Shown here: positions 26,170-37,030 of the stretch, one piece after another
Position numbering within the stretch: the stretch's first letter is position 1
How the letters are laid out: the number at the start of each line of letters is the position of its first letter
Assembly: GCF_003918875.1 (NCBI RefSeq)
Contig: NW_025765461.1
Location: forward strand, 62,001 to 126,000
Length of the DNA: 64,000 nucleotides
Direction of reading: 5' to 3'
Origin: Haliotis rubra
Lineage: Eukaryota
The notes under the pieces: generated by a model
Seen by the model: the letters and a program-made list of their open reading frames with translations, nothing else
Database searches by the model: none
What the model was told of the DNA's origin: nothing
Program-made: the position numbers and the translations under genes

Positions 26170-27723
26170 CTATGAGGTTTCAATCTTCTTCTTGTGAGTC
26201 GCCATCCAGCCGCTATGCTTGATGGTCACGACATCGCAGTCCCCGGGAGTCAACGGCTTGTGACGGTCCGCAGCTGACAAGATGGAAACATATTTATACA
26301 CGTTTCGAAAAAACCAATGTCTACACCAATGGCTATTATGTTGGTTCAGTGTTCATATATTTTGCTCTTCTTGAGTGAGTGAGTGAGTGGGTGAGTGTTA
26401 GTGGGTGAGTGTGTGGGATGAAACTGGATTAAATCAATGGTCGATCATCTGCGCATCAATTCCTAGTTTTGGATTACCATGACAAGGATTTTCTTTGAGG
26501 GTCCCTTGGACTCATACTCTGAATTTTCAGGGGTCCTGGACAACAAAATGGGGGTCCCAGACACTTAAATAGCATTATTAATACAATGTTGTAATAGTGT
26601 TGCAATTCGGTTACTGTTATTGTATTGTGTATCATGATCATGACATTGTTACAGTAATTAAAATGCAAATGATACCATAACCCGGCTAGGAGCAAACTCA
26701 GTGATAACGTATTGTGACATGATTGAAATTTTACTAAAAGTACTTAGACATTTTTTTAAAGAGACCTAACAAAATACTCATCAGTATTAAGAATTTGAGA
26801 ATTTCAAACTAGGAAAACAAAAGCTTGGCTCGCCGGAGGGTATTGTTTGAAACATTACATGTTATCCTTTTAGAAAATACATTATAAAGACGAGTTACAT
26901 TTTATGTCAGTGTGCCCTATGTACAATGTTTTCACACACAAATATTTTTCAAATACCATTTTTTAAAAACAAATGTACACTCTCTCAGAACATTACTGCA
27001 AACTTCTATATCTTTATTATTGTCATGTTCTTGACTCAGGGAACCCATGCAAAACGTTTTGTGGTAGACGCATACGGTACTGTTATGTGCGATATAGTTC
27101 TAAGATGTCATCCGTCCATGGCAACACTTACCTTTCTTTCTGGAGCCGGAAGCAGTTGGCAGCAGGACAGATCTGATCATGTGACAGTATCGTGACCGGA
27201 AGTTTCCGAATGTCTGTCGTTCAAAGATCCGTGGCGACTTGTGGCGACAGTGGGTGACGATCTGGTTGTCAGGTCCTCTCTGTTCGCAGACAAACACCCG
27301 GGGCCTGCCGTCACACCCAGGGGGGACGTACACGACGACCGTGTCTCCTAGCAGTATGTTCGTGGGGAGTTTGTCATCTAAGTATATATATACAATGTTG
27401 TTGTGCCCGAGTTGTACAATAGTTGTATTGCTAAGGCTAGCATTGGAGTCTTTCTTTTGAATAAAGGAAATTGTGTTTCTATTGTGCCCGATTTGTACAA
27501 TGCGCAGTATATCGATTTGAGGACGATTACAGAGACGCATCTTACAGCTGTCTGGCTTTTGGTCAGATTGTAAAGACTGGTTGGCATGTTTCATCTTTCC
27601 TTTTCTACCTTTCTCTGAAAGACATGTATTTTGGTCATTCATATGCTGAGAACTGTACTCTAATTGTTTGTTTGGCTCGAAGCCAGACGGTGCGACGTGG
27701 TGCGCCCCCCTAGCTTCAGACAT
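26170..27723 (-). CDS. Tandem-RHIM protein, copy 1 (join 27723-27132, 26273-26170; about 231 aa)
   Basis: IVQIGHNRN (VQIG 27498-27487) and LSNTTIVQLGHNNIVYI (VQLG 27417-27406); acceptor catcacag before 27777; donor AAG|gtaagt at 27132/27131; acceptor cttgtcag before 26273; all sites conserved in copy 2. Confidence 0.75.
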
Positions 27724-28202
27724 TGCCCCGGAGTTTGAACAGATCCCTGGTTCGTATGTCACCACTCGCCGTTGTCTCTGTGATGAAATGTAGAAAGAAT
27801 TATATCAGCTTTACAAAGACAAATCTTAAAACGATTTCATGGAATAGTAACTTATATTGCATACCAAAGGTCTTGCGAAGGACATCCAATACTCTGATTG
27901 AAGTAAGTCACTCTATAATTGTTAGAAATCTACGTACATTTTTACCCTTAATATAAACGGACACACGTAATTTGACCTGTATAAATTACATGTTAAAAAG
28001 GCAGCAACCAGGACAGACAGGAGTTCACTTCATCAGCTGTTTGCTGCAGCCTTTGCAGTGGGTCAATCTATAGTATTGATGTATGCCGTAATGCTATATG
28101 TGTATGCATACGAGGGTGTATGAGAGTTGCCGTGTCTTCGCATGTGTTTGTGACGAGTGCCAGGATACGCTGGAAAACGCCATATGCCAACACAGTTTGA
28201 TA

Positions 28203-28365
28203 GTGAGTGAGTTTAGTTTTACGCCGCTTTTAGCAGTATTCCAGCAATATCACGGCGGGGGAACACAAGAAAAGAGCTTCACTCATTGTACTCGAACCCG
28301 GGTAGGGAGTCGAACCTAGGTCTTCGGCGTGAACGCTTTAACCAACAGGTTACCCCACCGCCCCC
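28203..28365 (-). mobile_element. SINE family A in intron 1 of the RHIM gene
   Basis: TSD-like tttgatagtga on both sides. Confidence 0.85.
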
Positions 28366-28409
28366 AATTTGATAGTGAATCACTGTCAAATGCCTTTGTT
28401 ATGGTCGTA

Positions 28410-28822
28410 AGGTGGGCGGTGGGCGAGCTGGCTAAGGCGCCAGGCTAGTGATCCAGCGAGGTTGAGGTGCCGGGATCGAGCCCACCTGTGAGCGGGTGTA
28501 AAAACCTTGGAGTCAACTTTGTGTGCAGACTCTTTCCGTGTTGTCACAACCCCTAGTGTACAGTACACAACCCTGTGCACTTAAAAGAACCCACCAATCC
28601 GTTGGTATATGACCAGATGGTGGCCACATCAAGATGAGAAAGCCACAATAACTCGGTGCGCCTAGTGGCAGCAAGAGTTGTATACTCCCCAGGAGATGAG
28701 ATTGATAATACGATGTACCGTTGAGATTGACATCCAATGATCGAGGGAAAAATACCAGTGCCTTGAGCATGCTCTAGTTGCGTGGATATGTGCGCTATAT
28801 AAATATACTATACTATAATAAT
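28410..28822 (+). mobile_element. tRNA-derived SINE, probably Nin-domain type
   Basis: tRNA-like head; gagtcaactttgtgtgcagactct..gcacttaaaagaaccc core (family from recall); gcgctatataaat plus short-repeat tail; absent from the duplicate. Confidence 0.65.
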
Positions 28823-28916
28823 ATAACTGAGATATTGAAACACTTGTCGGTAACTTTCATGACGGAATTCAGTCTTGGACAAGCTAGGAAAGTAAAGTGA
28901 AGAAAGTGACACTTAC

Positions 28917-29115
28917 CTGTCCTGCCTACCACAGAGCCTGGTCGAAACAACGTTAGCTGCAAACCCCTCTCTGAATAAAACACCACGAATTAAGGGTGAC
29001 TGTCAGCTCTTATATACTGTCCTGTTTCAAATAGCTACGTCATTGTTAAGCAATCAGCTAGGTGCATTCCGAGGTGTGCATGTTACCGTGCAGGCTTGTA
29101 TAATGTCACGTGATG
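28917..29115 (-). promoter_or_regulatory. Promoter and non-coding exon 1 of the RHIM gene
   Basis: Minus-strand TATATAA 29016-29010; donor acag|gtaagt at 28917/28916; equivalents in copy 2 at about 57810-57906. Confidence 0.6.
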
Positions 29116-29299
29116 CTATCTGCCTCAAGTTTCGTAGGGGCCGGCAATTCAACATGGAGATATTATCGTGATTCCTCACGTGTCATTGTCAACCATCCAT
29201 TCATACTTTACCAACCATGACTAGTGACAATCAATAAATAATGCAGATCGGTGTAGATTGCTGTAGATCGGTGTTGATTTAACATATGGGTCATTGATA

Positions 29300-29870
29300 T
29301 GCATGAAACTCATTAATATGCAAATGAATGCATGACGTCATAGGTCGGCGAGGTTAATGAATCGTAGATATATGTTGATTGGCTCATCCAAATCCCGTGA
29401 CCTTAGTGAAGGCATGAAAAACCCATGAATATGCAAAATGAATGCCGGACGTCATAGGTCAGCGAGGTGGTGAACGAATCAGAGCTATGACGACGACGAC
29501 AAGATAAGAAAACTCGTGAATATGCAAATGAATGCTATATATAGTCACAGGTCAGCGTGGTTAATGAATCGTAGATATGACGACAGTAAGGTAAGAAAAC
29601 TCATAATATATATTCAAATGAATTGCCGTATGTAATAGGTCGGCGAGGTTAATGAATCGTAGCTATGACGACAGACAATGTGGTAAGAAAATAAACATGG
29701 ATATGCAAATGTATCTTCAGATCCTGATAAGGTGTCCCATAGGGGTCCTCCAATCCTCCTTTTGCCGGATCAACCCGGATCAGACGTTGATTGGCTCATC
29801 CAAGTCACGTGATCGTAATAAGGCATGAAAACACATGAATATGCACATGAATGCATGACGTCATAGCAAA
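29300..29870. promoter_or_regulatory. Degenerate repeats carrying octamer (ATGCAAAT) and CRE (TGACGTCA) motifs
   Basis: aatatgcaaatgaatg..gacgtcataggtc.gcgagg recurs about 5 times; perfect CRE at about 29333 and 29856. Confidence 0.55.
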
Positions 29871-30566
29871 GCCGCAGTATACGAAGCAGATTTTTGTTTA
29901 ATTGTGAATCATTTGCAGCGCAGAAAGCCTCCGGAACCACACTGAAAGTTCCTTCCTTATTTCTCTTCAATATCTTAAAGAATATAATACTATGTTATGA
30001 GAGTGTGTGTTTTGTAATTTGTAATAACACATTGATTAAGTTATAATTAAACAACCTTCAATCAGTATATGTGTTCTCGCCGTGAATGTTAAGACTCTGG
30101 TGAGTTAATATTTTATATTTGTGACCCAATATTTTAGATTTGTGACTCAATTGCATTGTACTAGAAATCTATATTGCCATTCTTTGTAGCTTGCTGATTG
30201 TTGTTCAATATATTATTGAATATTTTAGACTTGTCTTTGTTGTATTTTGCTGGTTCAAAGGGGACTCTTAAACCTTTTGTCACGGCAAATTATTAACCGT
30301 AACAGCTATCATGTACGTGACCATCGAAGAGAAGCAATTCTTGGAAATTCAGGTATGTCAAGGTCCCTGATAAGCTCTCTTTATCACAAGAGCGTAGTTG
30401 TTCCTTTGCCACTCAGTGGCGTATACAGATGAATCGTGGTTTAACACATACATCGCTCTAGAGGCGCTATGGCAAACAAAATCTACCTATTTCAGCTAGC
30501 GACCTCAGCTTCTGCATTATTTTTACCTGTGAGCACCGACCTAATTTCTCCCAGCTATCTACTCCA

Positions 30567-30605
<39 letters not shown>

Positions 30606-30874
30606 TTGAAAGTACTTAAATGCCACCCGAGCGGACGGGCTTGTGTCACAACGGTTTGGGGGCTGTTGAATGTACAATCTTATGTCCGCGAGAAACATCC
30701 TCAAGAACACCACCCCTAAATAACAGAGAGTCATTCCAGCCTCAACAACCAGCGACACAACATTAACTTCGAGTTCTATTCGGGACACACGCGTTTGTTT
30801 AACCATGCAGTGAAGCGATAAAACGTTTACCGTATGTATTACATTATAGGTAAGAGTAGATGTATTGTACATTT

Positions 30875-31804
30875 TTATATTTTGAAGTCCCATAAGAGTA
30901 GTTTGCTTGTGTTGCCTATATATCCGATTTTCTTGGCGAACTGGTCCGTCAGCAGGTCGGGTTCGGACTGTGCTGTTGCTCTCCCGTTGTCATCATTTAT
31001 GAGGTTGACATGCAGTCGATCCTTGTCTTTCGTGCTAAGTTTCAGATCGATGGTGAGTTGTCCAAAGGGTTTTTCGGCTGCTTTTTCATACATGGCCATA
31101 AAGTGATCCATGTTTTCGGGGAAAGTTCTCCAGGCAAAAACTTTGATTTGATGTTTATCTATGGGCGAATGAAATAAGCTGACATAATGAGCGTTCAAAG
31201 CAATGTCTCTCGAAACAGGGTTTGTAGTAGAAGAAAGATCAGTACATTTTTGTGATGGGAGGTTTGAATGAACAGCCGTGAAATACACTTGTCATACTTT
31301 GCTTCGGCCAGGAAATCATCCAACACCAAGACGTTCCGTTGACGAGCATCAAAGTAATCCCCGTCCAATATATCGTAGGGAATTCCTTTCACAAACGTCA
31401 CATGAGGCAGCTGTTCGCGGATGTGTTGATATAATGGCCATGTCGTATCAGATGAAAGGTAAACACAGACTTTCCACAGCCACTGGCTCCCACCACGAGC
31501 ACATTGGAGGGAATCAGGAATTTGAATCGTTCTCGAACATCCGACGTACTGGGTAAATGAGGCAGCGACGAGTGGACTTGCGGCGGCGGAGATAGTGGGT
31601 TGACTTGTAACGGCAGGTGGACTTGCGGCGGAGGAGATAGTTGGTATACTTGTAACGGCGGGTGGACTTGCGGCGGTGGTGGCTGGACTTGTGGCGGCGG
31701 CGGAGAAGGGTGTAACTGAGATGTCTTATGTTATGTATATTTCTTCTGTGTCGTAACATGACATCTCTCCTTGAAAATATTTTCTCACAGGTGGCATCCC
31801 CCAT
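30875..31804 (-). pseudogene. Polinton/Maverick/adintovirus-type A32-like packaging ATPase with upstream C2H2 finger; frameshifted
   Basis: Walker A GASGCGKS 31490-31467; Walker B VLVLDD; LF..SHHKN; IALNAHY..LF.SP.D..QI; PFGQLTIDL; zinc-finger-like CEKIFSRRDVMLRHRRNIH. Confidence 0.85.
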
Positions 31805-31991
31805 GGTGATCTAATACGGTATGCAATTAGAAGGTCTGAAGCTTTCTTTTATACCCTTCACCCATGCGATAGTTTAAGGCTGCTTGTTGACGCTTCAAGA
31901 CAGCTAGTTCCCGTTCCACCACAGCCCTCATCTCCGACGCATGTTGTATTTTCACAGGCTGTATATTCAGTACAGTCTTTTGGTCCTTCTT

Positions 31992-32351
31992 CTAAGGTGC
32001 AACCTGTCTCTTCTTCTTCTAAGGTGCAACCTGTCTCTTATTCTTCTTCTTAGGTGCAACCTGTCTCTTCTTATTCATAGGTGCAACCTGTCTCTTCTTA
32101 ATCTTAGGTGCAACCTGTCTCTTCTTAATCTTAGGTGCAACCTGTCTCTTCTTATTCTTAGGTGCAACCTGTCTCTTCTTATTCTTAGGTGCAACCTGTC
32201 TCTTCTTCTGCGGCTTCCTGTTTGGTGCCCTTGTTTTCTTCAAGGGTGGTTTTCTCGACTTTGACTTGGTCTTGTTAAACTTGGCTAAAATGTCTCTAGG
32301 TATATCATCTAGAACTCTCTTTACGTTGAAAGAGGACGTCTTATCCGTCAT
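31992..32351 (-). repeat. 27-bp repeat encoding a basic KKRQVAPKx array; probably part of the viral/Polinton remnant
   Basis: ORF 32019-32351; about 8 units of aggtgcaacctgtctcttctt. Confidence 0.6.
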
Positions 32352-33955
32352 GTGGCATGAGTGAAACTGTCAGTCGCCCATCTTGCACTTTCCTGTGACA
32401 TGCACAGGAGGGAATCTGGAAACACACTTTCTTCTTCACGGCACACATGTCGGTATGTGTTAGAAAATGGTGGTACGTGTATTTTGAGTTCCTCTTACAG
32501 TAAACACAGGTAAATAAAGCCTGGCCATCTTAACTGTTGGCGTCAACTGGTAGCAGGCCGAGGCATGTGTCACAGAGGTAGGACATCTTGTACTGAACTG
32601 TGGAGTAGCTCTCAATCCGACGTCTCAACGGTAACCATTAGCATGCTCTATAGAAACCTATGGAAGTCACAATACTGTACTAAATACACAGTCAACATGC
32701 ATACAGAGCTATTGACATGTTATATCGGATTATATATGCGTTGACAAGACGTCAAAGTGATGACTGCCACACCTTGAATGATTCGGCTTGGCGAGGCCAC
32801 TCAGGTCATCGTGGGATAATGACGCGTGTATTTAGGGGAAACAGTTGGGAACATCTGGTCCATACTGGTAGTTCGAACCCTGATTCGATTACGATCATTG
32901 GTTAGTTTGTCGACACCATGCATGTGGTCACGAGGTTCACTAAAACAGGCAACCGACAGTGACTAAATGGCAGCTGATTCGTGAAGCTGATATGCCGCCA
33001 TGTTTGTCAAATTCTGTTATGACGTTTTAGATTCCAAATGACGGCATCTATTCGCCACTGAAACAGAATCCAGACTTTGTTGTGCATTACTCCGTTCATC
33101 ATATGGAGAGATCCTTAAATACACATCTAAATATTATCATACACATATAATACACAGAAAGGCTTTCTTTTCGACTGTTTTATTGTGAGGTACACAGTAT
33201 AAAGGGTTACACTATGCAGTTCGTTGACAAGCTGATAACAGTACATGCTTAAAATTGGCATGACAAATACTTGCTAAACATCTAGAAGTATCTACAAAAT
33301 TCCTCTTTGAGGATACGGAATCTGTTCCGGTGCTAAATAATGTGTTATTTAACAACAGGAATACAATGTACTGCACACGCAGTGATTTAGCCGATGCGGC
33401 TTACACTTGTATTCCATACAGGAATATGTTAACCCACCCACCCTGACCCACAAGAGCCACCCAACCCACTCCCCCACTCCCTCGTCCCCACCCCGGCGTG
33501 CGCAGAATTGATGCCGGGAACGTGTGACAGTTGTTTCAGTTGAAATAGGACACATTGATTTTGTTTAATATTATAAAAATAAAATTTAGAGTGAATTCTG
33601 TCCTTCTGAAAATATATTTCCGAGATTCATGTTTAACTGGGTGATCTAACGTATTTGTAAACTATATTTGCAAGTTTAACATTTCATTGGAAGATATCCA
33701 GGCAAAATGTTGAACTTGAAAATGTGGTTTACAAATACGTAGATCACTTAGTTGAACATAAATCTCATAAATATTTTTTCGGAAGGTATGAATTCAATCT
33801 GAATTCTATTTTCATAATATTACTTGCAAAATCTACGTGTCGTATTCCTATTTCAAGTAAACAACTGTTTTACACATTTCCGGCATATAACACACTCTTG
33901 AATTGTTATACACCCTCCTGCGCACGCGTATTTTGCAGCAAATGTTCGGATTGAA

Positions 33956-36900
33956 TTAATGCTGCATGAACATCATCACGATCAGGACCACCAGGATCTC
34001 GATTTGAACTAAAACGTGGAACCAAATCGTGAGATTTTCTTTGACCTTCTGATCTTGGCAGTGTGGCCTCAAGTAGCGTCTCACAGACTTGGTTTGACGT
34101 GTGACCTTGGCCACCTCCCCAACAGTCTGTGTATGTCGCGTGACCTTGGCCACCTCACCGAGAGTCTGTGAACGTCGCGTGACCTTGGACACCTCACCGA
34201 GAGTCTGTGAACGTCGCGTGACCTTGGCCACCTCACCAACCGTCTCTGTATTTCGCGTGACCTTGGCCACCTCACCAACAGTCTGCGTACATCTTGTGGC
34301 TACCTTCCGTGACCTTGACCGAAGCTTCCTACTTCTTCCAACACGTCTTGGCATTACTGAAACAATAATCAACAGAGGACCTTTAGGCTATCTAAATCAC
34401 CTGACTTTGTTTATAATTGCATTAAAACCTAATTCTGAGTAATTACAATTCTACCATGTATGACCCTTTCCATCAACACAATGTCATTCATGGGAGATGT
34501 TGAGTAAAGAAACATCCAGAGATTCAAACAAGCAGATTTACACAATTTCAAAATTGTGAAGTCATTTTTAGCGAAACGCATTTCTTGTATATCAAAAGGA
34601 GAAAAGCATATGTACTATCTGAAATATATGGGTCTAGATGAACAGATATTCTATTCAACAGGTTATTTCCGTCAACATTATAAAATATTAACACTCTGAA
34701 CATCTGTTGTCGCGCTAATGACATGTATCATATAAAGAGAATGGATCTACAGTTAACGCATACGGTAAATCATAACGAAAATACCTACCAATCAGATTCT
34801 TGACATGTACTGTTTGATGTACTATGATGTTGGAATGGCCGTTCTGCACATTGGTAACATCTGCAACGATGTCCACCATCAGGTTCTGTCCATCTCCATC
34901 AACAGCATCTGTTCTGTGTCTGTCGCCATCATCTACGCTCAGTCTTTGTCCTCTTTCGCTGTCCTGTCTTTTCGTAATTCTTTCTCTTTTGATGTAATCT
35001 CCTGTCCACATTCTGCCACCATCAACGTATTGTGGCTGCGCTGTTTTGACAGTGCCATCTACTTCTCTTCCTTCAGTACAACGATCTCCTCTCCTTTTTT
35101 CTTCATTGCTATCACATTTTCCCTGCATTCCCAACACAGCACCATCTCCGAGTCCTAACTCTATTCCTGCACAAACGTCATCGTTTCCTTTATCAATTTC
35201 TTCAGTGTTGTAATGGTATTTCTTCCATATTTTACCACCGCCATCACCACAATCGCCCTGTTTTTCACCAACAGAGCCATCTCTGAACCGTCTTTCTCTT
35301 CCTCCACCGACAACAGCGCCTCCTCCACCTCCAAGGATGTACTCATCTCTCTCCCATCTGGCTCCAAACCTCTCATATTCTCCCTGCTTTCCATCAACAG
35401 TGAGATTTTTGTCTCGTCTTTTTCTTCCTCCACGAAGAACAGTTCTGTCTCCACCTCCAGTCATATACTGCAATCTCTCCCACCTTCCTCCCTGATTTCC
35501 ATCAACAACGTCTTCTCCTCCACTTTCGTCATCAATGTCTCCTCTATCTCTATCTCCACCTCCAAAAGTATTTTGATCTCTCCTCCATTTTCTTCCACCA
35601 CCAAAACAATTTCCACGCTCCTCTCCAAAAGCCTTGTCTATTTTCCTTTTTTCAGCTGAACCAGCACCCCGACCCCTGTCCACCTCAGTTTCCACCACAC
35701 CTGCACACCGACTTCTTTCCTTCTCAGTATCGGAGACACCAGAGCCCTGACCTGTTTCCTTCTCAGTTTCCAGGACACCAGTACGCTGACCTCTTTCCTT
35801 CCTCTCGTACTCTCCCTGCTCTCCACCCACAGAGCCATTTCTGCCTCTTCTTTCTCTTCCTCCACCGACAATAGCGCCTCCTCCACCTCCAAGGATGTAC
35901 TCATCTCTCCCCCATCTTCCTCCAAACCTCTCATATTCTCCCTGCTTTCCATCAACAGTGAGATCTTTGTCTCGTCTTTTTCTTCCTCCACGAAGAACAG
36001 TTCTATCTCCACCTGCAGTCACATAGTGCAATCTCTCCCAACTTCCTCCCTGCTTGCCATCAACAACGTCTTCTCCTCCACTTTCGTCTTCAATGTCTCC
36101 TCTATCTCCACCTCCAATGGTACTTTGATCTCTCCTCCATTTTCTTCCACCACCAAAACATTCTCCCTCCTCCTCTCCAAAAGCCTTGTATATTTTCCTT
36201 TTACCAGCTGAACCAGCACGCTGACCTCTGTCCACCTTAGTCTCCACGACACCAGCACACCGACTTCTTTCTTTCTCAGTATCGGAGACACCAGCACGCC
36301 GACTTATTTCCTTCTCAGTATCGGAGACACCAGCAGCCTGACCTCTCTTCTTCTCAGTTTCGGAGACATCATCACCCCGACCTCTTTCCTTCTCAGTTTC
36401 GGAGACACCAGAACCCCGACCTCTTTCCTTCTCAGTATCCAAGACACCAGCACCTTGACCTTTTTCCGTCTCAGTTTCGGAGACACCAGCATACCGACCT
36501 CTTTCCTTCTCAGTTTCGGAGACACCAGCCCCCCGACCTCTGTCCTCAGTTTTCGAGACACCAGCATCCTGACCTCTTTGTTTCTCAGTTTCGGAGACAT
36601 GAGCACCCCGACTTCTTTCCTTTTCAGTTTCGGAGACACCAGAACCCCGACCTCTTTCCTCCTCAGGTTCGGAGACACCAGCACCTTGACCTATTTCCGT
36701 CTCAGTTTTGGAGACACCAGCATACCGACCTCTTTCCTTCTCAGTTTCGGAGACACCAGCCCCCCGACCTCTGTCCACAGTTTTCGAGACACCAGCATCC
36801 TCACCTCTTTCCTTCTCAGTTTTGGAGGCATGAGCACCCCCACTTCTTTCCTTCTCAGTTTCGGAGACACCAGCACCCGGACCTCTGTCCATCTCAATAT

Positions 36901-37030
36901 CCGAGACACCTTTATTCCTGCCGCAGATGGCACCAGGCTGTAGTAGCTTTGTACCATCTCTTACAGGTGTAGCATTCCTTCTCTCTCCACTCCTATTATG
37001 TCTTTGTCTGTCACCAAAACACCGTCGCAT
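33956..37030 (-). CDS. Predicted 880-aa spliced protein (join 37030-34789, 34356-33956): charged/Gly repeats, RHIM-like motif, TQT array, hydrophobic C-terminus. Unspliced, it reads as a 771-aa ORF and a 132-aa ORF.
   Basis: 2.3-kb ORF; acceptor ttttggtttcag 6 nt before the ATG; donor TTG|gtaggt at 34789 and acceptor attgtttcag before 34356 are phase-compatible; minus-strand AATAAA at about 33179-33184. Confidence 0.65.

Noticed and set aside
28887-28912. ISRE/IRF-like gaaagtaaagtgaagaaagtga near the RHIM exon 1 donor
   Set aside because: Does not match GAAANNGAAA exactly; purine runs are common, and its conservation is explained by the duplication
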